A stretch of 64,000 bases of DNA from Candidatus Hydrogenedentota bacterium (GCA_045863295.1 BTWA01000018.1:1-64000), one strand, 5' to 3'; shown: positions 37,557-47,177, counted from the first letter of the stretch. Numbers and translations are program-made. The notes: generated by a model not told the origin, from the sequence alone.

Positions 37557-39022
37557 TTCTTCGCCTCCTGCACCGGGCCTTGGTCGTTCTTGGCCCGCTT
37601 GTTTCGTTTCCAAAGGTTCCGGTCGAAATAGATTACCGTCGAAAGCATCACGCGATTCTGCACGACATCTTCGTCGAATCCGCGAATGCCTCGCAAGAAA
37701 TCCGAGTTTACATCATCGCCATACCGCAATTGATACGCGAGGTCGATATTCACGCTCTCATTAATCAGACAGCCCACGCCTACGGCGAAGCCATAAAAAC
37801 TGTCCGGCGCCCCTGTGGCCGGCTCCTGATCGTAAAATACACCGCCGCGCAAGCTCCACAACCGCTTGAACACTTCGTCCGGCTGTTTGGGGATGAAGAC
37901 ATATTCCGCCCCAAACCGTACCGTATACGTCGGGTCGAAATCCTGCGCAAACCAGATGTCATCGAGGTTGCTTGCATCCACGAGCGAGATGCGGTTTCCA
38001 TCCCGCCCCTTAAACCAGAAGTCGTTCCAGTCCGTACGCGAAACGTCCATCGCCAGTGTCAACCGGTCGTTTGGCCGGTAGGCCGCACCCACCGCCAGCG
38101 TTGCCGGAAAACTGATGTCCCGAGGTTCCTTCGTAATTGAGGGGAGGAAAAAAGCGCCGCCTCCCGTGAGCGAATAGTTAGAACGGATGCTGCGCTGCTC
38201 GAAATCGGCCCGGCCGACCCATCCGGTGTCGTATCTCGCGCCAAAGCTCCATTGCTCGTTCATATCCCAAAGCAGTCCGATGGAAAGGTTATATCCAGTC
38301 AGGTCTTTGTACTCGTCATGCGACGTGGACGAGTTCAGCGTGACTCCGTTGGCGCTTTGCGAAAAGGTGGTCGTCTTCAGGTCTTGTTCCCACGAGTTGT
38401 CAGAAATGAACGTGCTTCGCCAAAAATTGAGCGCAACACCCAGCGACAAACGGTGCGTTAATTCCATCGCAATGGCAGGGGAGACCGTGCTGATAGACCC
38501 GTTCTGTTCAAACTTCATGTTCAGGTAGTTGTTGGTAATGGTGCCCGCCGCCGCACCCGCGTTGCCGGGCGCCACGGAAAACGTGTTGAACTGTAAATCA
38601 AAGTTGCGCGTGAAATCGTATTTATGCTGGTAATACAGCCCCACCACCACGTTCCGGTTGAGCACGGTAAACGGCAAGGGGTAGGTAAGGCTTAGAAAGT
38701 TCAGGTTGAACGCATGGTCGTTGTGCCAGGAATCGACCTCGTCATGAAAATCCGCGGAGAACCCTTCGTAGATGCCGTTATACGAGCCAACGATTGCAAT
38801 CTCCGGCACTTCCAACTGCACCAGCCCAGCGGGATTCCACGAAGCCGCGCTTGCGTCGTCCGCGATTGCCACGAAGGCATCCGACATGCCCGCCGCGCGT
38901 GCACCAGACCCCACCGGGCTCGGCGAAACAGAGATTTCCAATTCCTGTGCGGGCGCCGTGGCCGCAAGCAACAACGCAACGGCCAGACACCCTAGTAGCG
39001 TATGCAGGGTTCTATTTGACAA
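37553..39022 (-). CDS. Outer-membrane beta-barrel, FadL/OmpP1/PorV-like (TTG start inferred)
   Basis: GSGARAAGMSDAFVAIADDASAASWNPAGL N-terminal signature; alternating beta-strands; signal peptide; ...STVIYF near the C-terminus. Confidence 0.8.
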   Translation of the reverse strand: MSNRTLHTLLGCLAVALLLAATAPAQELEISVSPSPVGSGARAAGMSDAFVAIADDASAASWNPAGLVQLEVPEIAIVGSYNGIYEGFSADFHDEVDSWHNDHAFNLNFLSLTYPLPFTVLNRNVVVGLYYQHKYDFTRNFDLQFNTFSVAPGNAGAAAGTITNNYLNMKFEQNGSISTVSPAIAMELTHRLSLGVALNFWRSTFISDNSWEQDLKTTTFSQSANGVTLNSSTSHDEYKDLTGYNLSIGLLWDMNEQWSFGARYDTGWVGRADFEQRSIRSNYSLTGGGAFFLPSITKEPRDISFPATLAVGAAYRPNDRLTLAMDVSRTDWNDFWFKGRDGNRISLVDASNLDDIWFAQDFDPTYTVRFGAEYVFIPKQPDEVFKRLWSLRGGVFYDQEPATGAPDSFYGFAVGVGCLINESVNIDLAYQLRYGDDVNSDFLRGIRGFDEDVVQNRVMLSTVIYFDRNLWKRNKRAKNDQGPVQEAKK

Positions 39023-41576
39023 CCACTTTATCCCCCACTTGCACGACGCCCAGTTGTTGGTTTTCACGGGTAATCATCACCGCGGCGGTACTGTCCGAAG
39101 CACCCACCCCATCGACCAAGGCTTCGCCGACGATGCTAACTTCTTTATCCACCACTTCATTGGTAATCGGATCGAGGATGTCATTCCCTTCACGGTACAC
39201 CACATACTTCATGGATTCGCGCACTCCTTCCAGCTCTGAGAGGTCGCTTGTGAATCCACGTGTGTACTCTACCGACTGCGGTGCTTTCTCTGGCAGCTTG
39301 CCTATCAACGCCGTGGCTACCCGCCGGATGAGCAATGTCTTGTCGTCGGGAGATCCAACCGCACCGGTCTCCATGTGGCTCGCGGCCACCACACTCGTTG
39401 CCGTGTCGACGGCTTCCAGCCGCACCGTGGTCTCAATACCCACTTGCGACATCGACAACCGAATCAGCCAATCGGTCGGCTCCATCGCTTCCAATGCCAA
39501 CCGCGCACTTTCCGACCCGAGCGCCTCGCTTAGTTCCTGTTCCGCGAGAATCGCGTCGATATTCTCCCTGTCCACAATTGAAAAGCGATTTGATATATCG
39601 AATTCCCGTTCCAATTCCTGTAGCGCGTTTAGCACGTCTTCATCCGAAGACTCGCTGGATTCAAGTGAGGTTTGGTCCAGGAAGGCGATGGTCGCGCGCG
39701 ATGCGGTGACCTGGGTTGTCTCTGTGCCGCGCACATTGACGACCTGTCCCGAAACCCGTGGGAATTCCTGAAAGGTGCGCAAGGCAAGATCGCCGACTAA
39801 CTGCCTCAATTCGTCTTCCGATTCCGCGTTCCCTGCCACGTCCATTCGCGCGACAAACAACGAAGTTTCAGAACTGACTGCCTCTAAGACAATTTCGATA
39901 CTGTCCGCATCGCGGTAGACCCGTCCGATAAGCAGCACTTCTGCGGGCGTGATCGAACCCATCGCGACTCCGCCAAGCGCGGCCCGGCCTTCCCGCGATC
40001 CGAGCGCGGCCGCCAATTGCTGCTCGGAAAGCACTTCGCCAAGGTCGTCACGGTTCACAAAATTGAACCGGTCGTACTTTCGTAGCTCGCTGTCCAGCAA
40101 CGAGACTATCAGCCGATCTTCGTCGTTCAATAGCTGGCCTTTGCCTTTCCACACATTGCCGAGCAGAGACACAGTCAACCGTCCGGACGTGTCTTCCAAG
40201 GGCGAAAGCTCTCGCAGAATGCTGACCCCTGCCGAAGTCTGGTTGCCCTGATCGTCTTTTACTGTCGCTTCCAACTGGTTCACGCCTTGGTCCAGGCGAA
40301 TTCGCCGGCTCAAACGCTGCACCGATCGCCCCGGTACTGTGTCCAGAGGAATGCCATTGAGATCAATTGTGGAAACCGGCGTGGGTGTTACCACATCGAG
40401 ACTTACCAGAATCTCGTCGATACGAAAAACTTGATCGGGCCGCAGGTTGGTGAACCGAATTTCCGGTGTTGCTTCGGCCGCGGCCGGCACCGCCGCCATG
40501 GCCACCACCCGTCCGTTCAATGCCAGGGCGCGAATCCCCGGGGCCACTTCGACGACTTCAGGCCGATACGAGGCGAACATGGTTTCCGGCAATGCAGAAG
40601 ACAGCATGACTCCGTCCGCGGTCAGTTGGCCGCGAGTAATGTTGCCCAGCGTGTCCTTGCTTTCGTAAAGAACAGGAGCCGCCAAAACGGACTTGCTCAC
40701 CCCCGCCGAGAATACATAAGTTCCGTCGGCTTGCGAAGTCAGAGTGGCGGCCGCCCCGCCAATCGTCACAGATTCGACCCCGCTGACATCGTTCACTGCC
40801 CCGGTCACCGTACCGGGCAGTGTAAGCGGCCGGTCAAAACTCAGTGCGGGCCCATCCACGTCGGACTTGATGTCCACGGTGGCTACCGCTTTCTTGCCCA
40901 ATACATCTTCCGTCTCAACCGTGATGGTGTTCTGTCCGGGCCGTAAAACAACCGATTGCTTGAAGGCCACTGGATTGTCCGCAATCTTCAGTGCGTACGG
41001 TTGCCCATCGATGGTGATTCTCGCAATGTAGTTGTCGTCCCTCGCGACACCTTCCACATCAACCACGAGCGAACCCACCGGCACGCCGCCGCTAGGCGAG
41101 GCCAATTCGATGGTCGGGTCCTCAGTATCAGCACCGGCCTGCGAAAGTTTGTCTTTCAGCGCGCGCTCAATGAAATAGGCTGCCCGCGCCGATTCCGTCT
41201 GTTCGTAGCTCAGCCGCAACACGTCGATTGCTTCGTCGTACCGGCCCTGGTGATACAATGCGATTCCCAATTCGCGATTCGGAAAGTATTCGGGAATGAA
41301 ATGCAGTCCGTAGGTACGGGGCCACAATTGATCGCCCTTGCGCGTGAGCATCGCCGTGCGGAAATCCTCTTCCGCCTCGACCCAGTACTTGCCAGAATCG
41401 GCAAAGGCCCGGCCGCGCTCGTAGTAGTTCCACCACCGCCCGCGGAACGGGCCTTCGTAATTCACTTCCGGATACTGGCTCATGTCGCGGCCTTGAATTC
41501 CGAGCGAAGTCGTGGCACAACCGGTAAGCACGCCCACGGCCAGAGACAGCAGAATGTAGCGTTTAAGTTTTGTCAT
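39012..41576 (-). CDS. Lipoprotein with TPR-like, Ig-like and two CsgG/HfaB-like domains
   Basis: Lipobox LTG-C; RELGIALYHQGRYDEA; L.PG.N.I.V...D..G Ig repeats; RFNFVNRDDLGEVLSEQQL and RFSIVDRENIDAILAEQEL. Confidence 0.75.
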   Translation of the reverse strand: MTKLKRYILLSLAVGVLTGCATTSLGIQGRDMSQYPEVNYEGPFRGRWWNYYERGRAFADSGKYWVEAEEDFRTAMLTRKGDQLWPRTYGLHFIPEYFPNRELGIALYHQGRYDEAIDVLRLSYEQTESARAAYFIERALKDKLSQAGADTEDPTIELASPSGGVPVGSLVVDVEGVARDDNYIARITIDGQPYALKIADNPVAFKQSVVLRPGQNTITVETEDVLGKKAVATVDIKSDVDGPALSFDRPLTLPGTVTGAVNDVSGVESVTIGGAAATLTSQADGTYVFSAGVSKSVLAAPVLYESKDTLGNITRGQLTADGVMLSSALPETMFASYRPEVVEVAPGIRALALNGRVVAMAAVPAAAEATPEIRFTNLRPDQVFRIDEILVSLDVVTPTPVSTIDLNGIPLDTVPGRSVQRLSRRIRLDQGVNQLEATVKDDQGNQTSAGVSILRELSPLEDTSGRLTVSLLGNVWKGKGQLLNDEDRLIVSLLDSELRKYDRFNFVNRDDLGEVLSEQQLAAALGSREGRAALGGVAMGSITPAEVLLIGRVYRDADSIEIVLEAVSSETSLFVARMDVAGNAESEDELRQLVGDLALRTFQEFPRVSGQVVNVRGTETTQVTASRATIAFLDQTSLESSESSDEDVLNALQELEREFDISNRFSIVDRENIDAILAEQELSEALGSESARLALEAMEPTDWLIRLSMSQVGIETTVRLEAVDTATSVVAASHMETGAVGSPDDKTLLIRRVATALIGKLPEKAPQSVEYTRGFTSDLSELEGVRESMKYVVYREGNDILDPITNEVVDKEVSIVGEALVDGVGASDSTAAVMITRENQQLGVVQVGDKVVVK

Positions 41577-41597
41577 GACCTTCCGCAGTCAATCCAG

Positions 41598-44225
41598 TTA
41601 CGAGTTTGCTACAGCTTCACGTACCAGCAGTTCCTTGCCCGCGGGCAATTGAACATCCGATTGAATTGTCACGTCCGCCGAACGATCGCCAATGCTGCTA
41701 GTGACCACCGCAAACGCATTCGCGTTGGATGGACGAAACGCCTCATTTACGACCGACCCGACCTCGAACCGCATGCCCTCCCGAACGCCAACATTGCTGC
41801 CCACGTCAATCTTGCCATTGCCATTCGCGTCAACCGTCAACGTTGCCTGAATGGGATATCGCTTTTTTACCGCCGTAGCGATGTCCGCGGCCACTTTCTT
41901 ACCAAGTTCGGTGAAATCCCCTCCGTCTTGCAACGGCATTGACGTAATTACCGGCGTGTCCTGCGACGTCCACACATCTACAAGGCGAGTGGTCAGATAG
42001 TCTTTGTCTTTGACCGAGTTGAATTCAAGTTTCACAAAGAACCGGGCGCTCATGAACTGACCGATTTTCGATTTATCGACTCCTAGTTGCGACAGCGTTT
42101 GCTCAGTAAGTATCTCATTTATCGCGGCCCGGTTTACCATTTCCAGCCCATGCGCAGACGCGAGCGTGTCGCCTGCAACCTGCGGCATCAAATCCGTGAA
42201 TCCATTATCTTCCGCATAAGCAGTCGCCTTTTCGACCGGCATGAAGTAAAACCGGACAGTGTCGCTGGTCCATTCATCCTTGGGCGCCTCCGGCTTCGGA
42301 TTGGCTTTCATGGCAGCCAACACGTCCGCGACAAGCGCCTTGGTTTCCGCCCGCTCCTGAGCCTGCTTTTGCTTCTGAATGAATTCCAGATAGGCGTCGG
42401 CAATCTTCTGATCATTAGCCGGAGCCAATTCTTTCAGCGACGCAAAGATTTGCTCCGCTTTCTCCAACTCATCCAACTTCACATAGGCTTGTCCCAGCGC
42501 CTGCAAGGCTTTTTCCTTCTGCCACTGGAAATTGAAGTTCTGATCTTGTATCGCTTCCAACGCTTTCGCCGTTTCCTCGGCGTTTCCCGCAATCATACCT
42601 TCCAGCGCCTTCAAATAGGGCGTATTCGCCGCCGAGGCATACTGAACGATTTCCGCCTTCGCACTGGCGCCCTTTTGCATGTATGCCAGAGCCGCCAGCC
42701 CTTCGGTTCTCTTGGCTGTGTCCGTGATGCTTTCAAACGTCTTCTGCGCGTCTGCAAAATTGTTCTGCAGCAATTGCGCGCATCCAAGGCCGTACAATGC
42801 GTCCTCGTTTCCACCCGCCGCCAGCGACTCGTACTTGGCTTTCGCAGCGTCCAATTGACCCTGATTCAATAAGCTGTTGGCCTCGGCAACAGGTCCGTTG
42901 TCCTGGCTGCCTCCGCCAAACAACACAACCCAACCGACCAGCACGACCGCCGCCGCAAATGCCGCCACACCGATGTACGTTAACGAACGCGGCTTCTTGG
43001 CATGTTCCGGCTTGATCGCGGATCCGCTCAGTTCACGAAGCATTTCCTCGGGTGCAGGAATCGTTTTCTCCAGTTGCGATTCTTGTGCCTCCAGGGCGTG
43101 CCCAAGATCGCGCGCGAAGTCGTGCGCGCTCTGATAGCGCTGATCCCGGTTGTACTCCAGCGCCTTGTCCACCACTTGAACCAGCGCCGGAGGCAGATCC
43201 TTTCTACGCTCCGTAATGTGTACGGAATTATTCCCGCGTACCTTGTTGATGACCTCCGTCGGAGTCTTGCCTTCGAAGGGGCGCTTGCCCGTCAGCAATT
43301 CGTACAACGAAACGCCCAGTGAAAAAATATCCGTGCGGTTGTCCAGCTCTTCCCCGCACGCCTGTTCCGGAGACATATACGGAGGGGAACCGCTGATCCC
43401 GCCTCCAATGAGCGACGTCTCATTGGAATCCATCAAGCGCGTAAGGCCGAAGTCCGTTATTTTGGCAGGGCCCTCCGGCGTCTCCAGCAGGATATTTGCC
43501 GGTTTGATGTCGCGGTGCACGATGTTTTCGTCGTGTGCGAACGCGAGCGCCTCGGCGCATTGTTTGATTAAACTCACCGCGGTTGGCACGGCGATTCCCG
43601 ACGGATTCGATTTTATCAACGACGCGAGACTCGTGGGCACGTATTCCAATATGAAATAATTCATATCATTGAATTCGCCCCACGCAAAAATATCCACGAT
43701 GTGCGCGTGTTTACCCAGCTTCGCAATCGCCTTAGCTTCACGCTCGAACAGACTGCGATGCTTTTCGTTCATCGGGTTGCGCAGGAACTTTAATGCCACC
43801 TGCCGGCCAAGTTTTTCATCGACCGCATGGTACACATTGCCGAACCCGCCTTCGCCCAGAAGTCCATCTATCGCGTAATTCTGAATCTGCGCGCCAATCA
43901 ACGGATCGCGTGGATCAGATCCGAACGAATCCGACGTGCCAATCGTCTCAACGGTAGGCTCGTCGCTTCGAACCATACGGCTCTGCGCCGACGGGTTTGA
44001 AAGACTCGTGGGTTCGGACCCGCTCAGATTTCGAGTTTCACCAGAATCGGACATATTTATCCTCCAGGCATCGGCTAGGGATTCAAAGCGCGCAGTGGGA
44101 ACTTCGTCGGAACGAACGACCGCCTCTCGAGCAGCAAAGTCGCTCTGCGCCAAGTCGATCCCCTGATTATCAGGGGATTCCGCTTGTTCAGGAGAATCCT
44201 CACCTCTGGCCGATTCACTATTCAT
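41598..44225 (-). CDS. Hanks-type transmembrane Ser/Thr kinase with extracytoplasmic TPR, CsgG-like and FlgT-C-like domains
   Basis: LGEGGFGNV, VALK, HRDIKPANIL, DFG and YMSPEQ; one TM; EMVNRAAINEILTEQTL; IDVGSNVGVREGMRFEV. Confidence 0.9.
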   Translation of the reverse strand: MNSESARGEDSPEQAESPDNQGIDLAQSDFAAREAVVRSDEVPTARFESLADAWRINMSDSGETRNLSGSEPTSLSNPSAQSRMVRSDEPTVETIGTSDSFGSDPRDPLIGAQIQNYAIDGLLGEGGFGNVYHAVDEKLGRQVALKFLRNPMNEKHRSLFEREAKAIAKLGKHAHIVDIFAWGEFNDMNYFILEYVPTSLASLIKSNPSGIAVPTAVSLIKQCAEALAFAHDENIVHRDIKPANILLETPEGPAKITDFGLTRLMDSNETSLIGGGISGSPPYMSPEQACGEELDNRTDIFSLGVSLYELLTGKRPFEGKTPTEVINKVRGNNSVHITERRKDLPPALVQVVDKALEYNRDQRYQSAHDFARDLGHALEAQESQLEKTIPAPEEMLRELSGSAIKPEHAKKPRSLTYIGVAAFAAAVVLVGWVVLFGGGSQDNGPVAEANSLLNQGQLDAAKAKYESLAAGGNEDALYGLGCAQLLQNNFADAQKTFESITDTAKRTEGLAALAYMQKGASAKAEIVQYASAANTPYLKALEGMIAGNAEETAKALEAIQDQNFNFQWQKEKALQALGQAYVKLDELEKAEQIFASLKELAPANDQKIADAYLEFIQKQKQAQERAETKALVADVLAAMKANPKPEAPKDEWTSDTVRFYFMPVEKATAYAEDNGFTDLMPQVAGDTLASAHGLEMVNRAAINEILTEQTLSQLGVDKSKIGQFMSARFFVKLEFNSVKDKDYLTTRLVDVWTSQDTPVITSMPLQDGGDFTELGKKVAADIATAVKKRYPIQATLTVDANGNGKIDVGSNVGVREGMRFEVGSVVNEAFRPSNANAFAVVTSSIGDRSADVTIQSDVQLPAGKELLVREAVANS

Positions 44226-44417
44226 CCTACAGCATCCTAAGTTTTCGTACTAGTTCGATTGCGTCGGCAGTCCCAGCACTCACTTTCGGTTCGAGCCGCA
44301 CAACGCTTTGCGCGCCTTATCGATTCACATTGAACTCGTTTCAGTTGGACCCATCGGATCGATCCGGCACTCTGGGCCAGCGGCAAGGTGTCCATGTCGA
44401 CTGGCCAAGGTAGAATT

Positions 44418-44434
44418 AGCAACGCGAGTGCCAA
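44418..44434 (-). promoter_or_regulatory. Consensus sigma-54 (-24/-12) promoter of the kinase operon
   Basis: Minus strand TTGGCACTCGCGTTGCT matches TGGCAC-N5-TTGCW exactly; AT-rich, IHF-like element just upstream. Confidence 0.8.
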
Positions 44435-44839
44435 CTCTCGGACTGTACACATAAGTCATTTTTTTATAGATATTTATGCTCATTGGGCCGTTTTGGAATG
44501 GCTATCGGAAGCTGGATAATTGACTCACCTTGATCAGTTATTGAACAACCTGTGTCCAGTTTATGGGCATCGGATCGAAAGGAGTGCCAATCGAAAGGCC
44601 ACAGACGGCGATTTGGATCGGATCCCTGCCGCAATTAGTACAGGCGTAATTCGTGTCACTCGAATCAGTTGGTGCAAGTCCGAACCGCCCTGAAGGATTC
44701 ATGTAAAAAGCCCGGCCGACTGGGAAATACAACGAAGCCTTGTGCTATTCTCCAAGCCGTTTGCTGGGTTCCTGCACATAATGAGAAATACGTTGAACAG
44801 GTCGATTTCTTTACACCGACACCCTGATATGCATAGCAT

Positions 44840-46600
44840 ATGACGCAGCCAATCACTGCCGAGCAAGCATTGCGTAACTTGCGACAGCCCAGGGTTTTAC
44901 ACCCGGTTCTGTTAGCTCTAAGCCCACTTTTCGGCCTATACGCTCAGAACGCAGAATACCTGCCGTTACACGTGCTGATCAGGCCGGCTGTAACCCTCAC
45001 ATTGGGAGCCCTGTTACTTTGGATAGCTTGTTCGCTGATCATTCGAGACCATTTCAAGGGAGGACTGTTTGCTTCAACGCTAATACTGGGGTTGGTGGTG
45101 TTGTGGGGACCCTTGGAAGACATCATTGAATGGGTAGTACCTGTTCTCGCCACTTGGCCGCCTGTTTTCTTCTACGTGGCATACGGTCTCTTCATGATTA
45201 CCGCTACTGCGTACATAATTGTCAGAATCCGCACTCGAGGCGACGACAATCTGAAGGGGTTGCGACTACTCTTCATCTTAACGTTAGCTGGGTTTCTTGT
45301 GGCGGCGTTGCTGTTTTCACCTTTGTTCGGACGCCGCGCTGCCTGGCTAATAACCGGGTACCTCATTTTGCTGGCAATGGCCTCCGTTACAGTCTGGCGA
45401 TATCAGGGCGACCGGCTTCGCGCGACCCGGATGGCGAACTGGTTTGGGACAGTGCTTTTGGCGTTGTACATGGTAGTCGTAGTCTACAACTTGCCCCGGT
45501 CAGATGCCCGCGATCTCGACCCTTTTGCCATTCCGGTTTCGGATCAGCAGGACAAACCCGATGTTTACTGCATCATGGTGGATGGATATCCACGGGGCGA
45601 TGTGCTCCGGTCAACCTACGGGTACAACAACCTCACTTTTGAACAGTTCTTAACCGAAAAAGGCTTCCAAATTGCCGACCGGAGCCGGACCAACTACACG
45701 TCGAATCTGGTCTCGCTTGCGGCGTTCCTGAATGGCGATTATCTGCAAAACCTCGTGCCTGACGAATCGCGCCCCACCGCAGGCATGGAAACAGTGCTCA
45801 GGCTGTACAGACAGAATCGTGTTGCCGAGTTTTTCGACCGGCTCGGCTACACAAGTTACGCATTCTCACCCGGACTTGAGTCAATTGAACCGTATAAAGG
45901 CGCCGACGTAATTCTAAAACCGCCCCATGCGCTCGGAGAATTCGAATTGGTGCTCCTTAACCGTACATTCGTGTCCCGCCTGATGCAGGGAGTGTTCTAT
46001 TTTCTATACCGAAATCCGGCGTACTGGCGATTCGAATTCCGGCGTGAACGCATCCTCTATTGGGCCAACCAGATGGGTAAAGTGGCCGCCGAAGAAGGGG
46101 AACCCAAAATCGTTTTTACGCACCTGCTCGTTCCCGATCCCCCGTTCTTGTTTACGCGTGACGGCCACCGCGCCCAACCGTTTGGCCGCGGATCGCTGGC
46201 CATCGATAGGGAATTTCGCGCTTCGCCGGAAGAATACGTGGCTGCTTACCGGGAACAACTTCATTTCACGAACCAACTGCTGCAAAAAGCAATAGACAGT
46301 GTGTTGGATGCGTCGAAATCGCCTCCAATTATATTGATAGTCTCGGGACAAGGTTCTCGGTTCGTTCGCGGCGTCACCGGAGCGGAGTCCATTCCCAAGG
46401 ATATCTTCTCGAACTTCGTGGCGGTTCATTTGCCCCGGCATGACACCCCTTTGACTCCATTGCCCGCGGATATCACTTTGGTAAACGTCTTTCCGTTTGT
46501 CCTGAATGCTGTTTTTGACGCAGATGTGGACGTCCAAGAAGATGTCTGCTATTCCGTAGCGGAGAGTTCCCCGTTGCAGGCTGAGCCGTTGCCCCAGTGA
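44840..46600 (+). CDS. Polytopic membrane protein with C-terminal sulfatase-like (alkaline phosphatase fold) domain
   Basis: About 7 TMs, then PDVYCIMVDGYPR, NY.SN, H..VPDPPF and IILIVSGQG. Confidence 0.65.
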   Translation: MTQPITAEQALRNLRQPRVLHPVLLALSPLFGLYAQNAEYLPLHVLIRPAVTLTLGALLLWIACSLIIRDHFKGGLFASTLILGLVVLWGPLEDIIEWVVPVLATWPPVFFYVAYGLFMITATAYIIVRIRTRGDDNLKGLRLLFILTLAGFLVAALLFSPLFGRRAAWLITGYLILLAMASVTVWRYQGDRLRATRMANWFGTVLLALYMVVVVYNLPRSDARDLDPFAIPVSDQQDKPDVYCIMVDGYPRGDVLRSTYGYNNLTFEQFLTEKGFQIADRSRTNYTSNLVSLAAFLNGDYLQNLVPDESRPTAGMETVLRLYRQNRVAEFFDRLGYTSYAFSPGLESIEPYKGADVILKPPHALGEFELVLLNRTFVSRLMQGVFYFLYRNPAYWRFEFRRERILYWANQMGKVAAEEGEPKIVFTHLLVPDPPFLFTRDGHRAQPFGRGSLAIDREFRASPEEYVAAYREQLHFTNQLLQKAIDSVLDASKSPPIILIVSGQGSRFVRGVTGAESIPKDIFSNFVAVHLPRHDTPLTPLPADITLVNVFPFVLNAVFDADVDVQEDVCYSVAESSPLQAEPLPQ

Positions 46601-46659
46601 AAGAGCGCCATTGCTTTGTGCCGTAGGCAACGCCCGCGCACTGCGGAGAAGACGCAAGC

Positions 46660-46689
46660 TTGACACGATATTGTACTTTTTGGCACGAT
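46660..46689 (+). promoter_or_regulatory. Possible sigma-70 promoter of the ATPase operon
   Basis: TTGACA-18 bp-CACGAT; the -10 match is weak. Confidence 0.35.
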
Positions 46690-46816
46690 TCCCTCCCGAC
46701 TTCGCGGAATCAACTTGGTGCAGGGTAGCCGGCAAGCGGGCTGCCAAGGGAATCGGTCGGGTCGACTCCGGGGCCAAAATCCCGAATAACAATAATTAAC
46801 ACGCGAGAACTGTGCA

Positions 46817-47173
46817 GTGGAACGTTCCGAGCAAACGGCCGCGAATTCCGTTACGTCATTGAGTGCAATCGCCTTCCACGAACGCAAGCTACTCGGCGAC
46901 CTCGAACAGATAAAGCGTGACGCACGTGCGCTGATAGAAGAGGCCCGGCAGGAATCCCTTCGCCGCATGGCCGCCTCGGAACGGGATCTGGCGGAAGAGA
47001 CGTCCCGAATCATGCAAGCGGCCCGCGATGCATGCGAACGGGAAAGAGCCGCGTTGTTGGCGGCTACGCGAACACGGCTGGAAGCGGAAACCGCCGAAGC
47101 GCGGACCCGGTTTCAAAAGGCTGCTGACGAAGTCGTGAATATGGTCCTTCCCGGCCAGACCGGCCTGAGGTGA
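46817..47173 (+). CDS. V/A-type ATP synthase stator subunit H/G
   Basis: First gene of the operon; Ala/Glu/Arg-rich coiled coil ending ...AADEVVNMVLP. Confidence 0.7.
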   Translation: MERSEQTAANSVTSLSAIAFHERKLLGDLEQIKRDARALIEEARQESLRRMAASERDLAEETSRIMQAARDACERERAALLAATRTRLEAETAEARTRFQKAADEVVNMVLPGQTGLR

Positions 47174-47177
47174 TACC

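Noticed and set aside
34545..41942. Long plus-strand ORFs antisense to the helicase and kinase-operon genes
   Set aside because: Shadow ORFs expected in GC-rich coding DNA, with no motifs.
44237..44452. 71-aa ORF upstream of the kinase
   Set aside because: It overlaps the sigma-54 promoter, has no clear RBS and has no recognisable features; probably leader sequence.
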